DNA of 64,000 nucleotides from Oikopleura dioica (taxonomy: Eukaryota > Animalia > Chordata). Below are positions 24,050 to 37,100 of the stretch, piece after piece. Location of the stretch: positions 10,974,001 through 11,038,000 of the forward strand of contig OU015567.1 of assembly GCA_907165135.1 (NCBI GenBank), in the 5' to 3' direction. The translations under genes and the position numbers were made by a program. The notes under the pieces are model-generated. The model searched no databases. It worked only from the letters and a program-made list of their open reading frames with translations, and was not told the origin of the DNA. Numbering within the stretch: the stretch's first letter is position 1; each line of letters begins with the position of its first letter.

Positions 24050-27000
24050 TTAGCCACGGACGGGTCGGGTTGGTCTAGTTGGCCGGCTTGGTGGGGCAGC
24101 GTCGCTGGTTTGGTCTTCTGGCTTGCCGTATGGGTATCGAGCTCGGTAAGGGTGTCGGATCTCGCTGGGCTCAGGTCGCTGAGTCTTGGTGAAGTCTGGC
24201 TCTCCAAGATGAGCCCACTGGCCAGTGTAGCCGTATTCTTGGACAACTAAGCCCTGGAGAGACTGGCAAGCGCTGTAGTTATTCTCAGTTCGCTCGAAGA
24301 TTCGGAAGTTCTCGCAACCCTAAAAATAAACTCTTAGCAAAAATCAACGAGTAAAAAGCCGTTGGAATAACATTCGGATTAGCAAAAAAAAAATGAAAAG
24401 ATTAAATCTCGGCGGTTGACCCAAAAGTGTGACCCAAAACATCCCCAGTCCGGCGAATTCAAGGTGGAGTGTCTACCCGATAAAATTGTTTTGGGCAGAA
24501 TCAGTCCCAGTTTCTGTTTTACTTTCTAATAGATAATTATATTTAACCAACCAACACTTGTATCTAACAATTCGTTAGTTGAAAAAAAAAGAAATTGATC
24601 TGATTTTCAAAAATAGATTTAGTGAACGTCCAACTCACTCCAAAATTGGATCATCATTGTTTGGCTCCCACCGCGATTGTTTAAACTGAGTCAAAACAAA
24701 AAACGGGATGATCTTACGTTGATAGCACAGCAGAATTTGGTGTCTTTGTCGAAGGCAGCTCGTCGGCAGCAGCATCGCTTATTGTTCGTGTAGGGCATGC
24801 CGTTGCAGCATCCGATTCGCACCTTCTTTTGGGCTTGAATTTCAGCAGCAGCGGGGGAATACGCAGGTGTATTCTAAATTCCAGGATTAGGGAGAAAATA
24901 ATCCAGGGGATTTCGATGGAATGAAGCATTAATTCCTAGCGTATCTACAGTAGTTTGCATCCCTAACTCATGTCTTTTTTTCTACGTCTTATCATACGCG
25001 AAAATCAAATTATCATCCAATTATGAGCGATAAGTCTAGCAAACCACGTTTGTTATCACCCAAATATTGTCATAATAATTAGGGATAAATAGTACAATTA
25101 AAAAGTTTTGCAGCAAAACATTTGAAGAACTTTTCAATAACCATTCCAAGGAGAGTAATAACGAGCTTTGTTTCTGTACTAGCGTCGCGAATTACCAAGC
25201 GCACTGGCAAGTGAGTCGCTGGACGCGTATCTGGATAATTCGGGAGCTCAACTTGAGCTCACCTTAGTTGATACTCTCCACGATTAGAAAAGAACCTGGT
25301 GACAATAGACCTTGTCTTCTAAATTTCGAACCGGGCTTCCGCTTACGCAAAAGAAGGGAATAGATACTTATCATTGTTCTAATGATATAATATGATATTT
25401 GCTATGTTCAACAAAACCCGATTTGAACAAGAACATCTAGCTTATGAAATGGACATCAAGACAAGATAAAACCGAACAGAAGGCGCTGGGGAAGGCGCGG
25501 TCCAAATGAGATAACATTTAAGCTTTGTTTTTCTGCTTCGAGCTTGATAAATTAGGATGTTGGACATACCGGAGTGGTTTCAAGCGCAGCTGTGAAGTCG
25601 TCGTCAGCGTCCTCAGAGTCTTGTCGCGGGTTGAAGACAATAAATAATAATGGTAATACTCAGAGTTTTTTTGCCTATTTTGCCATTGAAAAAATGTTTT
25701 GAAAAGAAAACTAGCGGATCGCTTTAAATAATTTTAAGCGCAGAAAGTATCACGTTTGCCGAAAACTCGCGTATTTAGAAAGCCACTCTTTCTAATCTTC
25801 CCTAACTCTCAAATAACAAAAAAGGGACAAAATTCAAGTTTCAGTTTCAACCACGAAGCTTGATCAGCGGCGTCATCATCGACATCGTTGTTCCACTGGG
25901 AGCTGTCGAAGCCAGCGTTTCGTCCATCGAAGGAGAAGCGGGAGTCGTCGGCGGAGAAAAACAACTGTTGGTTATAATCATTACCTTCGTCCTCCGCCGA
26001 CGCAGTATCAGCAGCCTCGGTGGATTGCCTGCTTCCACCGTTTCCTCCACCACCACCGGCGGTTCGAGATCTAGGGGCGGGAGTGGTGCTTTCCTGCTTT
26101 TGAGCTTCAGTTTGGGGAGCTTCGGAGCTAGATTGGGGAATTCAAGTTTACGCTCAAAGAGGCTGGAGAGATCGAAAGTGCCCAAAAATCCGGAACTAGT
26201 GCTAGTAGTGGTAGAAGTGCTAGTAGAAGTAGTGCTAGTGGTGGTACTAGTAGTTGTTGTTGTGGTAGTGGTAGAAGTAGTAGTGGTGGTGGTGGTGCTC
26301 GTCTTTCTTGCCCGGCGAGCCACGCACTTTGGATCTTGAAGGCATGCATCGTTCTTGGCCTTTCGCTCCGCATCTCGAATCTTTTTCTGTGCAGCTCGGT
26401 GTTCTGTTCAAAGATCACAATACTTGCTCATTAACACGATAGAAAAATCCGGGTACCGTGGCTAAATGATTCGAGCGTAGCTCTAAACACAACCTCGCCC
26501 CGGCTTTTCAAGGCTGGCAGGCTTCAAATCTGATGAGCTCTGCGCTATTGAATCATCTTTAGATCCAGATTCTGAGCGTAGCTCCGGATTCTTGAGATTT
26601 TTCATTTGAACCATAAACAGCACCTTTCTAAAATGATAAACTTTATTTATCCAAAATTCGAGATAACATATAATAAATTCGTTTCTAGCCAAAACTTCTT
26701 ATCATCAAAATCAACGAGTATTTAATACTAAATAGATAAGAAAATTTCCAAATCAAACTTCAACTCTTCGCGCAAAGGGTTAAAGTTGAAGCCGACTTAA
26801 AGTGAATTATTCCTAAAACAAACTCTCGTTTCCGGTTTCTTTTTCATTTCTGCTAAAGAAGGGCGTTTCTCTTTATACAAATGCGCTTTAGAGGAAATCA
26901 ACCGACTCGTAACGCTTGCTTGGAAATAAACCACCACGTCCTCATATTTGTATCGGCTAATTAAGCAGGCGCATTCTATTTTCCCCAAACATGGTATTTT

Positions 27001-27656
27001 TTTGTTGGAAATCATTTTATTTGTGATTCATTCCTTTAGCTAACTTCCAGTCCATGCAGAACTCGCCTCGATCTTCGGAGGATCGAGTGAGCTTGAGAGC
27101 TTTCTCTTCGTCGGATTCGGGGAGCATCGACTCTCCCTGGTGGTAGAATTTGATACCGTTCAGGTCTGAAACATTCCATTACAACGTCATTGAGACTCAC
27201 TCGAAAAATGAACCCGAGCCATATTACCACGTAACAGGCTACTCGCTACTTGTTAAATGAGTAACAAAAACTTACAGACAACGCCGAGCTCCTCGATTGG
27301 GGCAAATCGATCTTCTGGATATTGGTACTTGATGTACTCCTTGTCTTCTTTCTGCTGGTGGAAAAACATCTTTTCCATTTTGTTCGAGTTTTCGATCAAA
27401 TAAGATGGCTCGAATTTGATTTCATATGGCCTGAAAAAGAAATATAGTACTGATAAAAGAAATATAGTACTTACATATCCAATGGATCGACTTGAAATGC
27501 GGAAGATCTCTTGGCGAAAGTAGCTTCGTCATCTTCCACGAGATTGCTGCCACGTCCAACTACTGCGCTGACGCCTAAGTAACCGACTGTAGCCAGGCCG
27601 ACGAGAGAGAGTGTTCTGCTCGACCATTTTGTGATTCTGAATGAAAATGTTATCAT
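24050..27656 (-). CDS. Secreted or type II membrane Thr-rich protein with galaxin-like di-cysteine repeats (house-protein/mucin-like)
   Basis: N-terminal hydrophobic stretch (RTLSLVGLATVGYLGVSAVVG); exons bounded by GT/AG; poly-Thr tract; acidic linker; CCNGMPYTNNKRCCCRRAAFDKDTKFCCAIN|GCENFRIF near 24800-24300; Pro/Arg tail ending TAA at 24050. Some internal exons are unresolved. Confidence 0.65.
26195..26298 (-). repeat. Coding ACT/ACC/AGC trinucleotide tract encoding ~34 Thr/Ser residues
   Basis: Directly visible; translates as TSTTTTTTTSTTTTTTTTSTTTSTTSTSTSTTTSTSS. Confidence 0.9.
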
Positions 27657-30600
27657 TTGATTTTGAAAAATGGTCAAAATGGAATTGAAAAGGTAGAAAA
27701 TCGAGAAAGCGAAACTTCTAAAACATTCGCCGCGGCGATTTTTTAATTTGCAAAATGCTCGTGGGCCTTATCCCGTTTACCGGAAATATGCCGCCGGTAA
27801 ATCAAATTTCTGCGCGCAATTCTATGCTCTGCATTCCGTGCTCACTTTTCTTATACATTATTCAATCAAGCAAATATTTTTGCAATTCAGAAGCAAGTTT
27901 ATGAAAGAGAAAAATAGAGTGACCGTTCAGAAGCCTTTGCCCTCTTGGAAGTGATTTAAAGCGTAATTATGTAAAAACAAGCGAGCGTGAAACCGTCATT
28001 TGAATATTCTGGACACGATGAGTGAATCAAATCCAGCTCCTAGTTCTGATAAAATTCTGAATCGTGGGCTCGAAATTTTGATTTCTTCCTTTCATAATTT
28101 GAACAGAGGTCCGAACAGAATACTGTGGCATGTAGAGTTTAGCTGATAAGGCGGCAAGTACGAATCTGCGTTGAGCAATACAAGGATAAGGCGGGGGTCT
28201 CCACCTCGATTCAGCCTTATCACCTCGTCGAAAATTTTTAATACACTCTTGGATCTTCCGCAGGGTTCCGCGGCTTATCAGTAAACCAAACTGACGATTA
28301 TGCGGCCGCAGAGACGCATCCCTTACGCTGGAATCAGGTTTTAAAACAAGGTTAACCCTCGATTACTGTTTATAAGAGGGAGAAAATAGAAAGCTCGCTT
28401 ATGCGCAAACTTTTCTTGTTTCTATTCCGGTCTGGGGAACGAGCCTTGCCACAAAATCGGCTTTGTCTGGGCAGCTTTACTCTCCCAAACACGTAAACCT
28501 TTTTTAGGAAAATGGAAGTGTTCGTTAGAGCCACTTGATGAACTGCCAAACTTGTTAGCTAAGGTAAACATGCTAGACTAGTTATGAAACGAAAAGGTTG
28601 AAAAAGTTCAATTCTATTTCCGCCTGTCTGGATGGAAGTGTACAATCTTCGCGGAAGTTAACGTTAGCTGATGTGTTTAGTGCGACTTTATAGTTTCTCC
28701 CAAATACCATATAATTGGTCGACCTTTTCACATGGCAGCGCTCACATTTTCAGGGCGAAAATTAAAATGACATTTTATAAAATATAATGCGCCTTAATAA
28801 TTTTACGTCTTATGTGAGCAACTTTCAATCATTGTCTAAGCGAATTAAGTCGCTCCTGAAGAAAGTAGACATCTCAATTATTATTTCAATGCCGTGGATT
28901 CCATTCCGCCCTTCACTAATTTCGCCGCTCGGCTCTTGAACTCTCTGACTTATCAAAATTACTGCCAAGTGGGGTCGGGTCCTTAGAGCATGTTAATTTT
29001 TCCTTTTATATTTCCTTCCGCGAAGAGCCACGTTGAACGGAAATCTCAATGTTTTTTCAAACTCATGGCCGCGTCAAGAAGCCCAAGCTAAATTCAGCCG
29101 AATCGATCTCAAGACGTGTAGCATGTTTTGATTCTTGATTTGGTCTGGACGGACGCCCAGTGGGTTAAAACTCGAAAACGCCAATTGAAGCTGCTCGAGA
29201 GTGGCAATTTGGAGATTAGATGTTCAAGAGCCTGGCGATTGTTGAGTTCAAACCAACGCGAAGGAAAATTAATGGCTCGACCGCGGATTGAGGGTGAATG
29301 CGCCCTTTACGCGTAATCTACTTGGAACAAGGAGCAGATCCAAATAGCAGAAAATGGCGTAATCCAATCGGATCAGAAGACCAAATTACTACCCTCATCA
29401 AATCTTGAGAGGGGGTTCCTGAATCAAAAGAAGATTTGAGAGGGTTGCTCTTAACGTGAACCTTGCTCTTCGAAAATGTCTACGAGACAAAATCTTAAGA
29501 GTAAATGCCAGATCGTCGACAATGATGTGGTGATTAAAATACAGGCACTGCTTGTAAATGGCATTTGGTGTGGATAATATGCAAGAAATCGGCGTTATGG
29601 CAACGTTTTGAAATTTGAAATTTCACCGGTCGCGTTGCCCCACCATTTGGCCGTGACGACCTTAAAGGCCATCGACGGCCACCTGCTACTATCGAAGGTT
29701 CTCGGCCTGAGTCAACCTTTGCAAAGGTAGTACTGGATGAGTTGCTTTGTGAGAGCGTGGTGACCTGCGTTAATGGCTGAAATTGGCGCGTCCGATTACG
29801 AAAATTCAAGCGCCGCTTAGCCAAACAACAAGAACTCGAAATCGAATTAGTGTCTGAGAAGTGAGCGTAGAGGAATTCTCAGAAGAAAACTCGTGAGCTG
29901 TGATTTTAAAATTGCCGGAAAGATGTAAACATCGGTAACGATCTTTCGCATAAGTACAAAGGCTGTTTTTCCTCCTTGTTTGAGTTGTGCGCTGGCTGAA
30001 AAAGCAAAATGGAGAACCTTTTTTCTTGAGGAAGGAGATAAAAACACAAGCTTAGACTGTATATGCACGCTCTGCTTCACGAGTTTTTACGAGAAGATAT
30101 CGTAAAAACTTCGCAGAAACGCATCGACGAGGACTTTAACCAGTTAAGCTTGTCGTCTCAATTTCTTGGTGGAAATTAAGGACGTTTTTTTCTTGGATAA
30201 ATAGCGTCCGTGATGATTTTTTTCCTTCACCACATCACCGGTGCTAGAATTTCCGACAACCGGTCAAGTGAGAAAAATACAGCCCTCTAATCCAGGAGAA
30301 AGTTCAACAATACGAAAAACCACTTCCAGCTCTCCAAAGCGCGAACCCGCCTATTAGCGAATATTTTAGCATGATTAACGTGTCGCCGAAACTGCTTCCT
30401 AATGGCGCAACAAATTATGCACGGAAGTACGCACATGTTCCTAAACACTGCTTCTAAATCCAAATTGAGTTTTAACGACGGAAGACTTATATATTCGAAT
30501 AAGTTTTTAGAACAGAGCTTTTTTTTTATTTCCCATGAAAAAATCATCAAACTATTAACTCAAAAATAATTGGTCTTGTTCGACAACTCATCCTTCTTAA

Positions 30601-33600
30601 CCGAGCCCTTAGTTTATACCATCAACAAGACAAGACCAATAATTGTTCAGAGCGTACTCGAGAAGTGACTGCTGTTTACCCTAAAACCGCTACCTTAGAG
30701 GTTTTTTTCATGGCGTTAATAATTATTAGTTTTTCGTTAATAAATACGAATTTTTGTTTAGTATTTTAATATAAACAACTATTTCTCGAAGAAATCGCTA
30801 ATTAACCCATCTTTCCCATGGAAGAAAAACGAACCTATGTCCGAACATAGAAAAGAGAGCAATTACGGTCTTGGAAGACGGCTTTGGAACGGGAAGGATG
30901 ACCTGATAATTATGCCCTGTTAATGACTATTCCGCGAGATTGACACCCCGAGCGCAGCATAATTTCCATGACGCGGATTTCGGGATTTTCGAATTTCATT
31001 CGCGAAAATCTCTACCGCGAAAAGTCATGAGCTCGGCCTCGAGTGGTCGAACTTGTGCAGATCCGTATTCAGGAGAGAGGTTTAACGGCTTATGTACACT
31101 TGTGACTTTGGGAACGTTTTTAGAGCTCTTTGAAAAAGACAATTTCAAACTGTTCGACTGTCAAAATTAAAATCAATCAATGCGAAATCGAAACAACTCG
31201 CAAAGAATTCTTCGCGCGAAAGGGTAATTTTTAAAGAATGGAACGAACGCGTTGAATGAGTGTTTAACTAAATATTTGCATTCGAAGCTTCTTTCAAGTC
31301 ACGTTTTCGCCATTTTCCCCTTCAAAATTTGAAATTGGGAAAAAAGAGATTATGAGCCAGCCGAGTCTCTGTCTCAGCCAGTGCTGCTTGTGATCGGGTT
31401 ATTCGATAATTATCATATATAAAAACATCATATCTTATGTGCGGAAGAATTGATAGTGTGTACCACGTGATGTCGCCGACACACAGACAGACCTATCGGA
31501 TACTTCCAAATCTCCGAGAAAACCGCGGATTAAGGTTATACCAAACGTGTGGCTCCGGCTGGCTTAGGTTCTCTTAGAGGCCTCATCCCTGCGTGAGCTT
31601 TTTGGTATCTGCGCTTTTTTTTATCTCGCTTGGGTTTTTTTTCTCAAGATCAAGGTTTAAAACTTTCGTTTTAAAAAAGAAATAAATGCAGTAGGAGCGG
31701 CGATCTGCGGAAGATCTATCATGACTCTGCGGAAAAACACACAAGCTGACATTTGTTTGAAATTTTAGAAACGGGGATAATCTCGATGATGATATAATAT
31801 CAATGGAGTGGCTCCCTATTTCTTGGAACCCCGACTAAAAGGAAAACAAAACGATCAAATCAAGTAAAAAAATCGAATAACCTTAAAAAGCTCAAAGACG
31901 AAATCGCTAGCACAATTCAAACTCTCCGGAGCGGCCAATTAGGAAATGGATTTGGAGATTTTCATGAGTTGCAAAGATACGCAAAAAGACGGACTTAGTG
32001 AAAAATATTTAGAGTGTCTATTTGCGCTTAGTCTTGGACGAGGTTGAGGGCGAAACAAGGGTTTGAGGTCGGACTATAACATCTCTTCAAAACAGAAAAC
32101 TTGACTAGGCGATTTTTGTTCGAAAACTCGTTATTCAATTCAAAACTTTCTTTATACCCACGTTGCCTATTCTGTCAGCCAAGTACCCATGCGCACGCTT
32201 GAGCTCTCAAGCAGCAGAATTAGATTTTTTGTCTTTTTCGATGAGCTGGTGGCGGCACTCGAATTCGCCGCTGTATAAAAATGCTCTGGACCGCCCAAAT
32301 TAGTTTTTCATCTCTAAATGCTTCGAGCGAGCTTCCCAGATTGACGAAAAATCACATGTCGCCAGTTTATGCGTCTAAAGAATTTCAATAGACAATTTGC
32401 TAAACAAACTGCTGATCTTCTTATTGAGATGAAAAAATAAGGGTTTCAAGATATTTTTTTCTTTTATATAATTTGGATAAGAAGGGCGCTAGAATTTTGC
32501 AATGAATAATGTATATTTTGTCTAGCAAGTAGAATTGGATAATCCCTGACCTTAGTTGGGGAAAAGTGAGAGTGTATATTTATGCATGGCCGGATGGTCA
32601 GAGTAAGGAGTTATTCGGTATACAAATGGTATAACCACGTTCTCGAATATTTTCAGCATATTCCGCCCCTTGAAGATTTCTTCCGCTCGTCGGTTTTCAA
32701 GACTCTTGTTATTCAATATCTATTAACCGCGCTAAGGAAATAAGAAAGGGCATTTTTAGAAAAAGGGGATAAGTTCTGAGAGAGGGTGATCTTATTGTTA
32801 AGGAGGTCAGTAGCTCCTAGCTTGCACGTTTTTTATAAATGAATTTGAAACTTTGTTGCGACTGCAGACTACTGACAGAGACGGAAATAGAATTCACTTA
32901 CAATAGGATTTTCGGTAAGGGCTTAGGTACTTATCACGTGAGAAAAAATCCATGACACAGAACTACAGGTAAGCAAGCATACAATCATCTAAACCTCAAA
33001 TGCTTCCACAAGGCGTCCGCAAATTTAGAAATGGGAAGCAGAGGAGTTCTACTAGAGGAAATCAGAAAATTACAGGTTCGTGGTCAAAACGGGAGAAGGG
33101 GAGTTAAACTTTCCGGTTATATGATGATCGAAAAATAATGAACAGCTAGCTAGGGAATTAGAGAAAGACTAGCAAAGTAGACGTTATTGAAAACAAAGTT
33201 CAAAAAAACAAAGTTCTAAAATACAATGAAAATTGAAATTCAGACTCAGCAAGACTCAGTGAACAAGCTACTTCAACTGGTGGAATTGATGCTAACGCAA
33301 CTAAGGTGAGAGCGTTTCCAAACTCAATTTACATTTATAAAAATGCTAATCTGGAAAGGGCTCACCTTTCGCGCCAACTTCATTAGAATCCTACACGTAC
33401 TTTTTTGTACGTAATTTATGTTAAAACGAACACGGGCAATAAGTAATCTACGTAAGGGAAAATCACAAAAGCTGGTACAAAACTCTCGGAAGGCGGAAGG
33501 GCGCAAGACTCGTGCGTGTCCGTAAACAGAAAAAATAATTTAACGAGATTGTGCTTTAGAACATGTGTCAGGGAAGAGCGCAGTTGAATACCAAAATAGT

Positions 33601-34059
33601 TGTTCAATTAAGATAAGAAAATGCGATTAATTCAGAAATTCGAATAAAAATTAAATAGGCCTTTTGTCTTTGAAATAAATAATAAAAAAACTTCGTTTCT
33701 TATTTTTAGTGCTTCAAAATGCAAGCGCCTTCCTCACGAAAAATGCTGCGATTGCTGCCGAATCATGAGTACTCTGCCATTTTTGCCTTCTCCAAATCAA
33801 TAAATAAAAATCCCACTTTCGATTTTCTCTCTTTTCAGATTCTCTTCCATGATTTCATCTTATTCTCTTCAGGAATTTCTTACCGGGCTTTCAGTTTTTC
33901 GCTCATTTTGGTAGAAGAACGGGCGGGTGAGATTCTCTGGGTGAAAATAAATACAAGTGTATAAAAAATAAAAAAAGTTTACAAAGTATTGCTCCTATCA
34001 AAACTGGTGGAGTTCAGTTTTACGGATTTACTCCTAGAGACTTTTCTCGGTTGGTCAAT

Positions 34060-34190
34060 TACCAGTCCGTCGCGGTCCCTATCGACGGGCGCGTCCTTGC
34101 TGCTCGCGTGCGCCAGCAAGTTCGCGCGCGATTCTCAGCGCCACCTGAGTTGTCCCGAGCGCTGTGGCGCTGCGAGTCGCGGGACCTGGA
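34060..34190. other. GC-rich self-complementary island
   Basis: Stems CTTGCTG/CAGCAAG (34096-34120) and CAGCGCCAC/GTGGCGCTG (34136-34172) enclosed by GGTCCC/GGGACC (34074-34186) in AT-rich surroundings. Confidence 0.4.
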
Positions 34191-37100
34191 TAGTGGCTTT
34201 CGTACCTTAAACGGTGTAATAAATATCATATTGATTTGAAATATCATATTTGGATATAAGGATCAGGGAGCTATATCTGGACAGAAAGAATACTAATTTG
34301 GAACAGTGCTTCTAATTCTAAACTAATCCTAAATATTCTACTTGTATACCGGAAAACGCTAATATCGCATATCTTTATTCATATCAGTTGGTTATCAGAC
34401 TAAAGACAACCTCAAAAATCAAAAAAAAAATCTCTCGTTGAGAAATATTTATGATGGTCTTTCGATTTTTTTAGGATTTGAACATTAGTTTCTGCATTTT
34501 TTCATGTGCTCGAGATTAGTTGATGGTCCTCAAACGGGTGGAAAAACAAGTTCCGATAAGACCGCAAAGTTCACTTCCAAGAAATTACAATCCATCATTA
34601 CTGTTAGTTTCTGTGTAATTCTGTTCCAAAAGGACAGGCAATAACGATAAATCTTCTGACGCCGGAAGACGCCCTTGAAGCGACGTTCTACATCTAATTT
34701 CTCAATTTGACCTTCACTAGAAGGAAGATGCTTGATGGCCTAATCAAACAAACTGAGTAACGAGACTATACGTCTTCGCCAGCGAGTCCTCCAAGCGCCC
34801 GCTTAGCATGGATTAAAGTTGGCCGAGAGCGGCTTTCCTGAGCTGCCGGGATCTACTTGCTGGAATCATGCACTTTTGTGGACGGGTTTCGTATTTTAAT
34901 TGCTCCCGGCTCCTCTTAAAAAACCTTTTAATTATTCATTAACCAGTCTATTTTTTATCTTGTTTGAAAAGTTTTCACTGCAAATATTTTTGAGAAATTG
35001 GATGATAATTCCGATATAATTATCGAAGCTATTATGAAGCAATTATCGGAAATTAGTTCTTCAAATTTTTAAGAAACAATCAATCAAAACATGAAGCTAA
35101 TAATCGAAAGTAAGCCCATGTGAAAAATGTCGTCGAATAGTAAATTTCGAGCCAGGTGAAAATTTCGAAAGGCGGCTACTAATTGCTTCGTTTAACACAT
35201 TATGTGCAGCAGTTCGCACTATGCAGCATAACCTGTCCCCGGCCCATGCCAAGGTGTTAAAGGAGGACGAAAGTAATTGGCAGACAGAGGGTCTCCCGTG
35301 TGAAGCAAGCATGCACAGATGTTTCTTGAGTTGCATTCTTCAGAGCGATTATGCATGCGTCGATGTACCGGGTAGAAAGCTCCTCCACGTACTTTATAAG
35401 GCTTAAAATTATACATTCATCGTGTTTGGACCAAGCTAGAAATTCCAATTTTAGACTGATCCAGATAATACCTCTTCCCGTTTCGTATTCCTAAGGTCCC
35501 CCCTTCCGTTTCAAATTGCCGCTTATCCCGCCGTCAATTCATCTCTCCAGTATTAAATAACGTGGTTTACACTTGACGAACAATTTGTAGCCCAAAGTTC
35601 AAAACCAGCTTCCACGCTTCTTGATGCTCTTCCACGATTGAATTTTCGTCGCATTAGCTTCTCTTTGACATCGCGGTTAACATCGAATCCTGGCCTTTTA
35701 TCAGATTCATCTCCGATTCGGAGACAGTTGCACAACGTGTTCTGGTGAAATTATCGATGATGGATTGAAAAATTGCATTTTGCATGAGCACCGATTCAAA
35801 TTTTCGAATCTTAAAAGTATCACGCCGAGCTGATAGGCCTTCGATTCTTGTTGATTGTATTAGGTATACCTATTTTGATTAACATAATTGATATTGTTTC
35901 AAAACACAGTGAGATGGATGACGATAAAAATTGTAGTAACTGCATTGCTGTATTTATGTAGCGCATGTTATGAACCCATGTCCGAATGTCGTTTCTGTTA
36001 CTTTCGTGTACCTAGCGTGTCTTCTCCAATTATCAATACGGACTTGCGGCGAAAAAAGTTTATCCGATACCTTCTGTTTCATCTCCTTTTCTTTGCTTTC
36101 TCCGTGTAGCTCGTTATATTTCATGAAAAAGGATATTGAAAGCAAATAAGATCAGAGGGCGATTCTATCCTTACTAAGTCCTCACTTATTTATTGTTGGT
36201 AATGAGATCTTGTTAGGAATGATTAAACGACATGCCTTTTTTATCCGACAATCAATCAAATTGTCATCATAAACAATGAAGCAGCTTTTTTCTCTGTCTA
36301 GCTTAAACTTCCGGATTTTTGTCGAAATAAGAACAGATTTGCAGTTTTCTGAAAAATCCATGGACCATGGATGTCGTATTATTGTACTCTCTTTCCTATA
36401 AGCCTTAAAAGGGGTGATTACCACATTGACTTGCTCAAATGAGCCAATTTGTTCACGTCTTGCCTCGTAACCGGTCGATTAGATTCTTCTAAAACCTCAA
36501 ATTTAGGGGCTTAATTTCAAAAAACTAATTCTCACGGCTGAAAAAACAAGTTTACTTTTAACAGAGATTGATGATGGCAAAAGAACGATGATGTAAGACT
36601 TACAGTTGGCGACAAATTGGGGTTTTGGGTTGATGATTCTGCGGCGCGTAAAAAGGTCTTCGTTTGTAAATAGTCCCGAGATTTGAACAAATCATCGCCA
36701 CTTTGTCTAGCTCTCCCATCATTTGGCAAAATTATTTTGTGAACGGGAGCCTTTTCTAAGCAAAAAAAATCGGTAAGTCGAGCTACAAAGCTATTCTACG
36801 TTCACCCTCAGCGCACGTTATTGCGGCTTGATCGGCGGTGGGGTCCCTTAGTTCTTTTATTCATCGTTCAACCCTTTAAATTATTCCGCCGGAATGTCTC
36901 TAATATTTTTTAAGCCGAACAGATACTTATTATATGAAAAAAATGTCAGTCTAAAAGGGTTGATAATTTCTAACCAAATCACAAAATCCTTCATGTTTTT
37001 ATATTACATTTGGAAAAATTGTGCGATCAAGCTTATTACCCGCTTCTTTGATGCTAAATTTCGCGAATTTACCGATTCAATAATCTTACATAATATTTTC

